Assembly: GCA_937928795.1 (NCBI GenBank)
Contig: CALFWB010000066.1
Span: forward strand, 38-64,037
Source of the DNA: an uncultured Anaerolineales bacterium
Lineage (GTDB): Bacteria; Chloroflexota; Anaerolineae; Anaerolineales; UBA4823
Direction: 5' to 3'
DNA: 64,000 nucleotides
Positions 8,574-18,578 of the stretch are shown here, piece after piece. Made by a program: the position numbers and the translations under genes. Position 1 is the stretch's first letter, and each line of letters begins with the position of its first letter. The notes below the pieces were generated by a model. That model did not search any database. It saw nothing but the letters and a program-made list of their open reading frames with translations, and had not been told where the DNA came from.

Positions 8574-9344
8574 TTAATGAGGCGCTTCTGATTTGACCGG
8601 ATTTTCTAAAGCGCCGATCCCTTCGATGGTGATGCGCACCACATCGCCATCTCGAAGGGGGCTTACACCCGCAGGGGTGCCGGTTAGAATGAGATCGCCG
8701 GGCTCTAGGGTCATCACTGAGGATGCAAAAGCGATCAATTGGTATGTATTAAAAACCATATCATGGGTAGAAGCCATTTGGCGGATTTCATCATTGACGG
8801 TGCAGGTGATCAAGGCATCGGCTGGATTGAATTCTGTTTCGATCCATGGACCAATAGGACAAAAGGTATCGAATCCTTTGGCACGCGTCCATTGATGATC
8901 TCGGTTTTGTAAATCGCGGGCAGTGACATCATTGGCAATCGTATATCCGAGAATGTAATTTTCGGCTTGATCAGGCAGGATCCAACGGCCGCGCTTTCCG
9001 ATGACGATGGCAAGTTCTGCTTCATGTTCGACTTGTTGGCTTTGAGGGGGGAGAAGGATGGTATCCAGATGGCCGATAACTGCCGACGGGGGTTTGAGAA
9101 ATAAGAGCGGCACTTCAGGAACTTCGGCGCCGTGTTCGGAGGCATGCGCAGCATAGTTTCTTCCGACACAGATGATCTTACTGGGCAGGACAGGTGGCAA
9201 AATCTTAATTTGGGAGAGTTCGTCCTCGGCTTCTAGGCGTCGAAATTCGGTGAATATGGAACCTTCTATCGGCCCCACTTCGTTCCCTGAAAGCCATCCT
9301 TGACGAGGGGGGTGATTGGGTTTTTGATAACGAACGAATCGCAT
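8574..9344 (-). CDS. Fumarylacetoacetate hydrolase family protein
   Basis: KIICVGRNYAAH, EHEAELA, NDVTARD, GDLILTGTPAGV. Start reassigned to MRFVRY because the longer ORF overlaps the neighbouring gene. Confidence 0.92.
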   Translation of the reverse strand: MRFVRYQKPNHPPRQGWLSGNEVGPIEGSIFTEFRRLEAEDELSQIKILPPVLPSKIICVGRNYAAHASEHGAEVPEVPLLFLKPPSAVIGHLDTILLPPQSQQVEHEAELAIVIGKRGRWILPDQAENYILGYTIANDVTARDLQNRDHQWTRAKGFDTFCPIGPWIETEFNPADALITCTVNDEIRQMASTHDMVFNTYQLIAFASSVMTLEPGDLILTGTPAGVSPLRDGDVVRITIEGIGALENPVKSEAPH

Positions 9345-9364
9345 TCTTGCTCTCCAGAATAGGC

Positions 9365-10201
9365 TTAATCCATCGGTTGTTGAAGACGGTTCGAGATCTC
9401 TAAGATGGCTTGTTCGGTGCCGGCAAAGCGACCGGCAAATCGCCAGCGTAACAGTTTGGCAAACGTATAGACGATTGCCTCTAACGAGACGATCCCAACT
9501 CCTGCGGAGGAATGAGCGGCTGCAGCAATGACAATATCGGCACAACGTGTTGAAGCTAAAGAAGCAGCCCCGACAATGGCTGCCGTGGGGATGCCGCGGG
9601 AGCGAGCTTCACAGAGCGCTGGGGCGATATAGGGGGTCTGTCCAGTGATCTCCATGGCTAAAATCAAGTCCTGATTGGTGGCGTTATTTAGGGCGCGGGC
9701 TAGGTCAACAACGCCTGATCGAGCGATATAGACCGGGAAACCACCTTGCTCAAGATATTGTACCAGACTATAGGCGTTGGGTTGAGCTGGTCCTTCGGCA
9801 AAAATAACAATCCGACGCACGCTACCGAGAAGTTCCACCAGTTTGGAGAGGGCGTCGACGTCCAAAGAGATGCGCGTGTGCTCAATCGCTTCGGCAATTT
9901 CCCGCATGGCGGATTGGACAATTCCCGCCATGCTGTTGGGATCTAAGGCTTCTTGGGGGCGCAGAAGCAGATCGTTGCGCACTTTTTGACGAATTTCTTG
10001 TTGTAGTTCGGGGAAGCCATTATAGCCGAGAAATTGAGAGAAACGCACGACGGTCGCTGCATCTAGGTTTAAGGTGTGGGCAAGTTCGCTGGCGGTCATA
10101 AAGGAGGCTTCAATATAAGAGTCTAAGAGGTAGTCGGCTAGCTTTGAAAAACTTTTCGACATTTTTGACCTTGCCGCCCGGATTCTTTCTTCGTAACTCA
10201 T
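9365..10201 (-). CDS. RpiR/MurR-family transcriptional regulator (HTH + SIS)
   Basis: ASELAHTLNLDAATVVRFSQFLGYNGFPELQ followed by a SIS-like C-terminus. Confidence 0.9.
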   Translation of the reverse strand: MSYEERIRAARSKMSKSFSKLADYLLDSYIEASFMTASELAHTLNLDAATVVRFSQFLGYNGFPELQQEIRQKVRNDLLLRPQEALDPNSMAGIVQSAMREIAEAIEHTRISLDVDALSKLVELLGSVRRIVIFAEGPAQPNAYSLVQYLEQGGFPVYIARSGVVDLARALNNATNQDLILAMEITGQTPYIAPALCEARSRGIPTAAIVGAASLASTRCADIVIAAAAHSSAGVGIVSLEAIVYTFAKLLRWRFAGRFAGTEQAILEISNRLQQPMD

Positions 10202-10221
10202 GTCTACTCCTTCAAAAATGA

Positions 10222-10240
10222 CAGAAACCAAAACTTTCAA
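10222..10240. promoter_or_regulatory. Possible RpiR autoregulatory operator
   Basis: GAAACCAAAACTTTC (GAAA-N7-TTTC) just upstream of the RpiR start. Confidence 0.3.
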
Positions 10241-10629
10241 TAAATATTACCATAAATTCGCAAAATATGCAAACTTTACTGAAATTCAAACCGATTCTTC
10301 AATCGAAATCGAGAAATGATCCCATTGCCCGGTTGCGCCCTAAACCTCCTTTGAGGGAGAAAGAAAGGACAAGAAAATTTCTTTTCTAATCTGGAGTATA
10401 ATCTTGCTTGTATCGAGGTTTGCGATTGGGATTTAACAGGGAAAACTCTCACAGTGGAGGATTCATTTGTTACAGGTGGGTTGAAGTACTCTCGATCGGG
10501 CGAAGCTAAGCAAGGACCTTCGCAATTAACCTCAGCAAATCTGCGTAAAAATGCGAGTCTGTTCCTCTGATAAGAGGATTATTGTTGGTTATTTTCATGC
10601 CGACTTAACCACTAGACGGATATGGGTAC

Positions 10630-11529
10630 ATGGTTGAAGGACTGAATCGTAAAGGGTTGCTTCTCGGATTTGGAGCCTATTTGATTTGGGGTTTTTTCCC
10701 TCTGTACTTTAAGGCTCTCTCTTCGATTCCCTCGACTCAAATCCTAGCCCATCGATTTGTATGGTCTTTTCTTCTCTTGCTCCTCGTTCTTGGTTGGCGG
10801 AAGGAGTGGAAAACACTTGGAAAACTTCTTGAGGATAGAAAAACACTTGCCATATATACCCTTGCCGGTAGCTTATTGGCGATCAACTGGGGGATGTATG
10901 TCTGGGCGGTTAACGCTGGCTTTGTTGTGGAGACCAGCTTAGGTTATTTTATCAACCCATTGGTAAATGTTTTATTGGGGGTTCTTTTCTTACGCGAGAA
11001 GTTGCGTTGGTCGCAGTGGTTGCCGGTTGGGATTGCCGCGGTAGGTGTATTCTATCTGACCATTCAATACCATTCTTTGCCCTGGATCGCATTAACGCTT
11101 GCCTTTTCGTTTGGGTTCTACGGGTTGGTAAAGAAAATCGCTCCTCTATCTTCCTTGTATGGTTTGACATTAGAGACCATGGCTCTTTTCCTGCCCGCAG
11201 TTCTCTATCTGACCAGCCAAGAAATGAACGGAATGGGGAGCTTTGGGCATGGAACAGGAATCCTCACGGTGTTAGTGGTACTTACGGGGGTTGTGACGGT
11301 GATCCCATTATTAATGTTTGGGAGTGCGGCGCGGCTGGTCCCTTTGTGGACGATGGGATTACTGCAATATATTGCCCCAACTTGTCAGTTTCTTTTAGGA
11401 GTCTTAATTTTTCATGAGCCATTTACGACAGAAAGATTGGTGGGTTTTTCTTTGATTTGGCTGGCGCTGATCATCTTTTCAACCGAGAGGTGGTGGATGC
11501 GAAAGACACCGCAGGTGGTGTATAAGTAA
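10630..11529 (+). CDS. rarD: RarD-type EamA transporter
   Basis: AYLIWGFFPLYFK, SLGYFINPL, GLLQYIAPT. Confidence 0.92.
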   Translation: MVEGLNRKGLLLGFGAYLIWGFFPLYFKALSSIPSTQILAHRFVWSFLLLLLVLGWRKEWKTLGKLLEDRKTLAIYTLAGSLLAINWGMYVWAVNAGFVVETSLGYFINPLVNVLLGVLFLREKLRWSQWLPVGIAAVGVFYLTIQYHSLPWIALTLAFSFGFYGLVKKIAPLSSLYGLTLETMALFLPAVLYLTSQEMNGMGSFGHGTGILTVLVVLTGVVTVIPLLMFGSAARLVPLWTMGLLQYIAPTCQFLLGVLIFHEPFTTERLVGFSLIWLALIIFSTERWWMRKTPQVVYK

Positions 11530-11580
11530 GTACAAGTAGAGTGTACAAACAGCGCAAGATTCGGTGAAGAAAACCATATA

Positions 11581-11628
11581 GAAAATCGTTTTGAAACCGA
11601 TTACAATCACGGATTGAAAAAGCTTTGA
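11581..11628. promoter_or_regulatory. LacI/cre-like operator(s) upstream of glpD
   Basis: TGAAACCGATTACA at 11592-11605, plus related GAAAATCGTTTTGA and TGAAAAAGCTTTGA. Confidence 0.4.
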
Positions 11629-11656
11629 TAAATTTTCCTTTGAGTTGGAGTAAGAA

Positions 11657-13300
11657 ATGATGAGATACCATCCGATTGACGAGAATGTACTATCCCAAAA
11701 GTGGGATGTGATTGTTATTGGCGGGGGTATAAATGGAAGCGCGATTGCCAGAGACGCTGCTTTACGCGGCTTGAAGGTGCTGGTGTTGGAAAAGGAAGAT
11801 ATTTCCAGCGGCACTTCCGCCTGGTCAACTCGCTTGATTCATGGTGGATTGCGCTATTTAGAGTACTTTGAATTCTACCTCGTGCGCGAGTCACTTGCTG
11901 AGCGGGAAAGATTGCTGCGAAATGCACCTCATTTGGTTAAGCCATTGGGGATGGCATTTCCCTTTTACAAACAAAATCGCCGTCCACCCTGGATGATTCG
12001 CATGGGCATGATCCTCTATGATGTGCTTTCGTTTGACAAAAGCTTGGATCATCATCACATCCTTTCACCACAACAAGTTTTTGAGCGGGTGGGCGCCTTG
12101 AACCCCGATGGGTTGAGTGGAGCAGCCATGTATTATGACTGCCAAGTGGATTATGCAGAGAGGCTTTCGGTTGAGAACATTCTCTCTGCTCAACAACAGG
12201 GTGCACTGTTTTTGAATTATGCCAAAGTGACGCGGTTTATCATGGAGGATCATCGAGTACGGGGGGTCGAATTTCAAGATTTACTGGACGGTAAAACTTA
12301 CTCTGCCTCGGCCGAATTCGTTATCAATGTGGGAGGGCCGTGGGTGGATGAAGTCTTAAGGGGGGTTGGCAAACCTATCAAGCGGTTAATTGGGGGGACA
12401 AAGGGGAGTCACCTGGTTGTGCCACCTTTCCCAGGAGCTCCTAAGATCGCTGTTTATTTTGAAGCTCAACAGGACGGCCGACCGATGTTTGTTATCCCTT
12501 GGACAGGACGCATCTTGATTGGAACAACCGATTTGCCCTACCATGGCGATCTAGACCATGTCGAAATTGACGATGATGAAATGAATTATTTGATGAGCGA
12601 AGCTAATGGAATCTTCCCATCGGCTCAAATCAACGTCGATCAAGTCCTTTACACTTATTCGGGAATTCGTCCCTTGCCTTATGTGGGAGATAAGAAGACG
12701 GCGGCGATTACTCGCCGTCATATCATTCACGATCATGCTCCAGAAATAGAGGGATTGATTTCTATCATTGGAGGTAAGCTGACAACTTTCCGCAATTTGG
12801 CTGAACAATGCGTTGACTTAATTGGGAAAAAGTTAAATCGGCAACTAAGGCCTTGTATCACAAAAAATATTCCTCTGCCCGGTGCCGGAGAAGGGAGTTT
12901 CGGAGACTTCCGAAAGCAGTTTATGGCTAAAAGTGGTTTCGAGGTGGATATTGCCAATCATCTCATCGAAATTTATGGGGTTCGAGCGGAAAAAATCCTT
13001 GAATTAACCCGACAGGAACCGAAATTGAAGGAACGATTGCATTCGGGGGAACCTACAATTGCCGCAGAGGTTGTTTTTGCTTTCCAAGAAGAACAAGCTG
13101 AGACGATCCAAGATGTCTTGTTACGCCGCTGTATGGGAGCATATAACAATCAGGCTGGGTTAGATCTGCTTATGCCCGCTATTCAGGTAGCTGGCGATTA
13201 TCTCGGTTGGGATAAGAGCCGCAGAGAACAAGAGCAACAAGCCTATAAGGAATATATCCGCCGTTATCGGCCGAAACTCTTGCGTGCCTCTCAAATGTAG
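11657..13300 (+). CDS. glpD: FAD-dependent glycerol-3-phosphate dehydrogenase/oxidase
   Basis: VIGGGINGSAIARDAALRG, STRLIHGGLRYLE, GGKLTTFR. Confidence 0.9.
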   Translation: MMRYHPIDENVLSQKWDVIVIGGGINGSAIARDAALRGLKVLVLEKEDISSGTSAWSTRLIHGGLRYLEYFEFYLVRESLAERERLLRNAPHLVKPLGMAFPFYKQNRRPPWMIRMGMILYDVLSFDKSLDHHHILSPQQVFERVGALNPDGLSGAAMYYDCQVDYAERLSVENILSAQQQGALFLNYAKVTRFIMEDHRVRGVEFQDLLDGKTYSASAEFVINVGGPWVDEVLRGVGKPIKRLIGGTKGSHLVVPPFPGAPKIAVYFEAQQDGRPMFVIPWTGRILIGTTDLPYHGDLDHVEIDDDEMNYLMSEANGIFPSAQINVDQVLYTYSGIRPLPYVGDKKTAAITRRHIIHDHAPEIEGLISIIGGKLTTFRNLAEQCVDLIGKKLNRQLRPCITKNIPLPGAGEGSFGDFRKQFMAKSGFEVDIANHLIEIYGVRAEKILELTRQEPKLKERLHSGEPTIAAEVVFAFQEEQAETIQDVLLRRCMGAYNNQAGLDLLMPAIQVAGDYLGWDKSRREQEQQAYKEYIRRYRPKLLRASQM

Positions 13301-13362
13301 GAGTATCTGTGCTGCACTACCCGCTACAAGAGCGCTGACCTGACACTCCTTTGGAAAGGTAG

Positions 13363-13395
13363 CTGCCCCCGTCTCCTTTTCCCGGATGGGGGCAG
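13363..13395. terminator. GC-rich hairpin after glpD
   Basis: CTGCCCCCGTCT…GGATGGGGGCAG stem; no strong U-tail. Confidence 0.4.
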
Positions 13396-13488
13396 ACTGT
13401 TTCAACCCTCGAGATTATCTTTGGTTCAGGTAGAAGATCATGGAACTCCATATAAAATAATTTTTTCGTTAATTCTTCTTCTACTTGA

Positions 13489-13552
13489 TTGCCATAAGAT
13501 CGATGATCAAGTATAATACATACCGACCAGTTGGTATGTATTATACTTGATC
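13489..13552. promoter_or_regulatory. Promoter embedded in a perfect palindrome with 20-bp arms (TetR-like operator core)
   Basis: TTGCCA-17-TATAAT (13489-13517). Arms GATCAAGTATAATACATACC (13505-13524) and GGTATGTATTATACTTGATC (13533-13552). Confidence 0.7.
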
Positions 13553-13690
13553 GTTGGATTAGGCAGTTTTTATCCAAGGTGAAGATTGCTTTACGTTGAA
13601 TTAATCTTATTCTTACACGCAAAGTCAGAATTATCGAGTAAGATTAGAGCTTGTGATGTCGAATTACTTTAGGAGTGGAACGGTCGACTC

Positions 13691-14476
13691 ATGATGGAGA
13701 GTAGCGTTAAGGAGAGCGCAGTTAATACTCAGGTGAGTAGTCTTCCTCAAAAAGCCAGTGGGCTATCCCCAAACTTGTGGCGGGATAGTCATTTAATGGA
13801 TTTTCCGTTGCTAAAAGCCGAGGATTTGTGGAAAATCTACGCAACTCCTAGTGGAAATGTCACTGCCTTGAAAGGAGTGAGCCTCTCGATCCAAGAAGGG
13901 GAGTTTATCATCGTGTTCGGGAAATCGGGTGCGGGTAAGTCGAGCTTGGTCAATCTGTTGACCGCTATTGATGAACCGACGCAGGGCAAGGTACTTTTTC
14001 GAGGAATTTCAATTTTTGATCTCTCCGAGGAGGAGAGGACTCGCTGGAGGGGGAAAAACCTCGGCATTGTGTTTCAATTCTTTCAATTGTTTCCAACCCT
14101 GAGTATCTGGGAAAATGTAAAGATAAGCATGGATTTGCTGGGTGAAATCCCGGCTAAAGAACGGAAAGATAGAGCATTTGAGCTACTCTGCCAAGTTGGG
14201 TTAGGCGATCATGCTCAGAAAGTGCCGGCAAAAATCTCAGGAGGACAGCAACAACGCGTGGCTATTGCACGAGCTTTAGCGAACGACCCACCTTTACTCA
14301 TTGCAGATGAACCAACCGGAAACCTTGACTCGCGCACCACAGCGGAAATTATGGATTTGTTTGCCTCATTTGTGGCAAGAGGAAAAACGGTCTTGATGGT
14401 GACCCACGATCGGGGAGCCTTGAAATGGGCAACCCGAAAGTTAGAAATCCTAGATGGGGAGTTGCAAAAAGAATGA
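13691..14476 (+). CDS. ABC transporter ATP-binding protein (LolD/MacB type)
   Basis: [25 protein letters not shown]. The true start may be the downstream Met at 13796. Confidence 0.92.
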   Translation: MMESSVKESAVNTQVSSLPQKASGLSPNLWRDSHLMDFPLLKAEDLWKIYATPSGNVTALKGVSLSIQEGEFIIVFGKSGAGKSSLVNLLTAIDEPTQGKVLFRGISIFDLSEEERTRWRGKNLGIVFQFFQLFPTLSIWENVKISMDLLGEIPAKERKDRAFELLCQVGLGDHAQKVPAKISGGQQQRVAIARALANDPPLLIADEPTGNLDSRTTAEIMDLFASFVARGKTVLMVTHDRGALKWATRKLEILDGELQKE

Positions 14477-16884
14477 TCATCGATGCACGTTGGGTGAAAA
14501 TTTGGCGTGATCTCTGGAGCAACAAAACCCGCTCCGTACTCGTGACTCTCTCGATTGCCGTCGGCGTTGGCACCATTGGAATGATTTACAACGCTGCGCA
14601 TATCATTCAGAGGGATCTCTATGCGCAATTTCGACAAGGCAATCCGGCTCATGTCTTTCTGTACGTTTCTCCGTTCCCGAAAGAGATTGCAGAGGCTGCG
14701 GAAGGAATCCGTGAGGTAAAACAAGCGCAAGCGCGTCGGGTTGTCCAAGCAGAAATTTGGAGTTCAAATGGCAGTTTTGAGAATCTGAACCTTCATGTTT
14801 TGCCCAACGCGTCTTCTTTTGAAATCAATCGCTTGGTTATGGAACAAGGCAGTTTTCCTCCAAAGGTTCGCGAGATCGTTCTAGAACGCCAGTCAGCCAA
14901 ACTGTTGGGTTATGAGATTGGCGATAAAGTATTCATCAAACTGGCAGACGACCGTCAGTATGAACTCACCCTATCGGGTATTGCCCATGATGTAAATGAA
15001 ATTCCTTATGCGATTCTAGGAGATGCAACTGCCTATGTCAGCATGGATACGTTGCGCTGGATGGGTGAGATTGCAGCCTACAATCGCTTAGAGGTTGTTG
15101 TGCAAGGTGAGGATGTTGAGAAAGCTGACGCGCTGGAGGTAGCCGAGAAAATCAAGAAACGAATTTTGGAGCCGGCCGGCTATCAGGTGTTCAGTATCCG
15201 CATTCCAGGGGTGGGTTCGGATCCTGGCGATCATTGGGCACATAATCAAATTCGGGGGTTTATTCTGATCCTCCAGATTATGAGCATTATGGCAACTTTG
15301 CTGAGTGGTGGATTAATTATTAACACGGTTTCTGCGATTTTGATTCAACAAACCAAACAAATCGGTATTCTGCGCGCAATTGGCGCTTCACGTAAGCAAA
15401 TTATCAGTATGTACCTCTTGAATGTGTTGATTTTTGCCGTGGCAGGCTTCCTATTGGCGCTGCCTTTTGGATTGGTGGGAAGCTGGTGGCTGTCGAATTT
15501 TGCGGCGCGATTTTTAAATTTTAATGTTACGCAAGTTAACCTTACGTGGCAAGTGTTCTTAATTCAGGCTGGTGTGGCGATCTTGATGCCGATTGGAGTT
15601 GCCATTTATCCCATTCTCAATGGAACGCGCATTTCGGTCTATGAAGCAATCTACCAATATGGCCTTGGAGATCGAAAGCGAGTAAGCCGCTTAGAGCAAC
15701 TGCTGAGCCGCATTCGTTCAGTCAACCCGCCGTTGCTGTTGTCCTTACGAAATACTTTCCGACATAAGTCGCGTTTAGTTTTCACCTTGGGAACGCTAAC
15801 GCTGGCCGGAGCGATGTTCATCGCATCATTTAGTACCTACTCTTCACTAATGGCTCAAATTCGCGATGTTGAACGATATGTAGCTTTTGATGCGCGCTTA
15901 TCTTTGCCGCGCGGCGTGAGTAAAGTTACCGCAGAACGAGAAGCGCAAAGGGTCGAAGGAATTGGTTATGCCGAAGGTTGGGCGATTAGTGAAGGCGTCA
16001 TTGTTCGCCCAGACCTGAGTGAGAGCCAGGGAATCGAAATTGTTGGCTTGCCACCTGACAGCAAAACGCTCCATCCAAAACTGTTGACTGGCAGTTGGTT
16101 GGCTTCTTTGCCAAACTCTCGACAGGTTGTTGTAAACGCCGATTTGGTGCTGGAAGAACCCGAAATTCAGGTTGGTAAGGAGATTCAAGTTAAGGTTGCA
16201 GGACGCACTCACACTTTCGTTGTGGTGGGAATCGTTTCGAAACATATATTCGGGCCGCGAATTTATATGGATTTCACGGCCCTCTCTCGCCTTACAGGTA
16301 GGCCCAACGAGGTTGATGAGATTCGGGTGCTGGCTGAAGAAGGCAAATTGAGCTCTCCTGCCATTCAAAATCTCCTGGCGGAAAGGTTGCAAGAACGTTT
16401 CCGAAATGCGGGTATCAGCAAACGCAGTAGTGTAACCCGAGCTTCTTTTTTTAGCGAATTTACGGAGGTTTTCAATATCATTTTGTTTGTTTTGCTTTTG
16501 ATGGCTGGCTTGTTGGCATTGGTGGGCAGCCTAGGCTTGAGCGGAACGTTGGGCATCAATATCATGGAAAGAATGCGGGAAATTGGGGTGCTGCGAGCTG
16601 TCGGAGCAGCCAATCAAGCCCTAGTAAAAATCGTGTTGACCGAAAGCATGGTGGTGAGCTTGGTAAGTTGGATCATGGGGGCCATCACATCGGCGATATC
16701 TAGCCCCATTCTGGCAGCGGTGGTTATTTATGCTGTGCTGGAAACCCAAATGAACTTCCGTTATTCAATGATTGGCTTGCTGCTTTGGTTTGGTGTCATT
16801 CTCCTGATCGGGGTCTTCTCCAGTCTGCTACCGGCTCGCAGAGCAGCCTTATTGCAGGTTCGAGAGGTTTTGGATTACGAATGA
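14473..16884 (+). CDS. ABC permease, duplicated MacB-periplasmic/FtsX type
   Basis: KIWRDLWSNKTRS, QIGILRAIGAS, ERMREIGVLRAVGA. ATGA overlap with the upstream gene. Confidence 0.9.
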   Translation: MIIDARWVKIWRDLWSNKTRSVLVTLSIAVGVGTIGMIYNAAHIIQRDLYAQFRQGNPAHVFLYVSPFPKEIAEAAEGIREVKQAQARRVVQAEIWSSNGSFENLNLHVLPNASSFEINRLVMEQGSFPPKVREIVLERQSAKLLGYEIGDKVFIKLADDRQYELTLSGIAHDVNEIPYAILGDATAYVSMDTLRWMGEIAAYNRLEVVVQGEDVEKADALEVAEKIKKRILEPAGYQVFSIRIPGVGSDPGDHWAHNQIRGFILILQIMSIMATLLSGGLIINTVSAILIQQTKQIGILRAIGASRKQIISMYLLNVLIFAVAGFLLALPFGLVGSWWLSNFAARFLNFNVTQVNLTWQVFLIQAGVAILMPIGVAIYPILNGTRISVYEAIYQYGLGDRKRVSRLEQLLSRIRSVNPPLLLSLRNTFRHKSRLVFTLGTLTLAGAMFIASFSTYSSLMAQIRDVERYVAFDARLSLPRGVSKVTAEREAQRVEGIGYAEGWAISEGVIVRPDLSESQGIEIVGLPPDSKTLHPKLLTGSWLASLPNSRQVVVNADLVLEEPEIQVGKEIQVKVAGRTHTFVVVGIVSKHIFGPRIYMDFTALSRLTGRPNEVDEIRVLAEEGKLSSPAIQNLLAERLQERFRNAGISKRSSVTRASFFSEFTEVFNIILFVLLLMAGLLALVGSLGLSGTLGINIMERMREIGVLRAVGAANQALVKIVLTESMVVSLVSWIMGAITSAISSPILAAVVIYAVLETQMNFRYSMIGLLLWFGVILLIGVFSSLLPARRAALLQVREVLDYE

Positions 16885-17624
16885 GCTTCATTCCAACGAT
16901 AAAACCAATCAAAGAAGGCTGGTTTGACATGGCAGAGGCATTGAAAAATGAGCCGCTCATTTTACTCAACGGGGTCAGCAAAATCTATCACACCGGCGCC
17001 GGGCGCTTTGTGGCATTAGAGGATGTCAACCTGCAAATTCATCCAGGGGAATTTGTTTCCATTATCGGAAAGTCGGGCAGTGGAAAAACGACCTTAATCA
17101 ATTTGATCACCGGCATCGATCAGCCCTCAAGAGGGGAGATCTTCATTGACCAAACCCCGCTTCATCTCCTCAAGGAAAGTGAGAAAGCGGTTTGGAGGGG
17201 GAAGACAATCGGTGTTGTTTTTCAGTTCTTTCAACTATTACCCACCTTAACCGTAATTGAAAATGTCATGTTGCCGATGAGCTTATGCAACCTCTATCCC
17301 GGCAATGAACGTTTAGAGCGCGCTTATCAACTGCTCAAGCTTGTCCATCTGGAACATCAAGCGGATAAATTACCCTCTTTCCTTTCAGGGGGTGAACAAC
17401 AACGGGTGGCTATTGCGCGGGCGCTGGCAAATAACCCCCCAATCATCGCGACGGACGAGCCGACCGGAAACCTTGATTCGCGCACGGCAGAGTCGATTAT
17501 GGAATTGTTTCAAGACCTAACTGGGCAGGGAAAAACTTTGTTGATGGTTACCCATGACCCTGATCTTGCCGCTCAAGCTCAGCGGACCATTGCCTTGGCT
17601 GACGGACGAATTGTTCAAGCTTAA
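16881..17624 (+). CDS. Second ABC transporter ATP-binding protein
   Basis: [24 protein letters not shown]. Start at 16881 or 16929. Confidence 0.92.
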   Translation: MSFIPTIKPIKEGWFDMAEALKNEPLILLNGVSKIYHTGAGRFVALEDVNLQIHPGEFVSIIGKSGSGKTTLINLITGIDQPSRGEIFIDQTPLHLLKESEKAVWRGKTIGVVFQFFQLLPTLTVIENVMLPMSLCNLYPGNERLERAYQLLKLVHLEHQADKLPSFLSGGEQQRVAIARALANNPPIIATDEPTGNLDSRTAESIMELFQDLTGQGKTLLMVTHDPDLAAQAQRTIALADGRIVQA

Positions 17625-17723
17625 ATTTTGGGCGAACCTTACGCAATTTTTATGGCTTTTATATTAAGTGGAGGTTATAATGTCAATAAGGGAATTCGTT
17701 ATGTTTGACTAAAAAGTGAAAAG

Positions 17724-18578
17724 ATGGATGTTGGAATACTAGAGTTGTTGCGGCGAGTTGCCGCGGCGGAGGCAGAAATACGCCTGCTGAATGTGTATCA
17801 GGGGATTCCAATTGCATTTCCAGCAGCCATCGTTTATGTCGGACAGAATTCCATCACGGTTAAGACAGAACGCTATCAATTGGTTTGCCTCTACCAAGAG
17901 AGACAAACTTTTATTCAGTACCCGGGGTTCCCGGCCGTCATCCGAGCGCGGGTTGAACGAATTGAACCTTTGGCGTTGCAAGCCAGCTTGTTTGAGTTTG
18001 AGTACATGCGGGAAGGGATTGGTGAGCGGCGTCAGATTCGCGTCTGGCCAAAAGAGGGCGTAACTGGAGAGTTGCAACTTTCCGATCGGACAGAGGCGAT
18101 CCGCGGAGATTTGGCGGATATCTCATTGGATGGGATGGGAATTTATTTGCCAGATGCTGATTATTATGCTCACATTTTCCGTCAGGGTCGTAAAGTTTTA
18201 GTCTCCTTACGCTTGCCAGGTGTTTTTCACCTTCAACAACCTAGGCGGTATGATGCTTCTGCTTCAGGCGGAATTGATCGTTATGACCGCACGCAATTGC
18301 GTTTATCCACCATTCATACTCCTGCTTATGGAAGTGATCGAGATGATTCCGCAACGATCAAGACCGTTCATTCACCGGAAATCGAAGTTGATGGGGTAAT
18401 CTCGAATTATTATACGGAGGCGAACACGCGGCGCTATCGCATTGGTGTTCGCCTTCAACCGAATGAACTCTATCGCTCGATCGTCTCCCAATTTATTTCG
18501 CAACGGCAATCGGAAATTATCCAAGAAATCAACGCCATCTACCGTTTGTTAACCCGCGAAACGGGTGCGTTGCGTTAG
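17724..18578 (+). CDS. PilZ-domain protein (putative c-di-GMP receptor)
   Basis: ERRQIRV (RxxxR) and DISLDG (DxSxxG) motifs; C-terminal SQFISQRQSEI helix. Confidence 0.75.
   Translation: MDVGILELLRRVAAAEAEIRLLNVYQGIPIAFPAAIVYVGQNSITVKTERYQLVCLYQERQTFIQYPGFPAVIRARVERIEPLALQASLFEFEYMREGIGERRQIRVWPKEGVTGELQLSDRTEAIRGDLADISLDGMGIYLPDADYYAHIFRQGRKVLVSLRLPGVFHLQQPRRYDASASGGIDRYDRTQLRLSTIHTPAYGSDRDDSATIKTVHSPEIEVDGVISNYYTEANTRRYRIGVRLQPNELYRSIVSQFISQRQSEIIQEINAIYRLLTRETGALR

Noticed and set aside
10409-10600. Lysine riboswitch or T-box upstream of rarD
   Set aside because: Only fragments (GAGG…GCGA, GCGAAG) resemble the lysine aptamer, and the T-box GGTGGNACC motif is absent. It is kept only as an unassigned structured leader.
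13317-13622. 101-aa minus-strand ORF across the palindrome
   Set aside because: It has no RBS or recognisable motif and spans a promoter and operator, so it is likely spurious.
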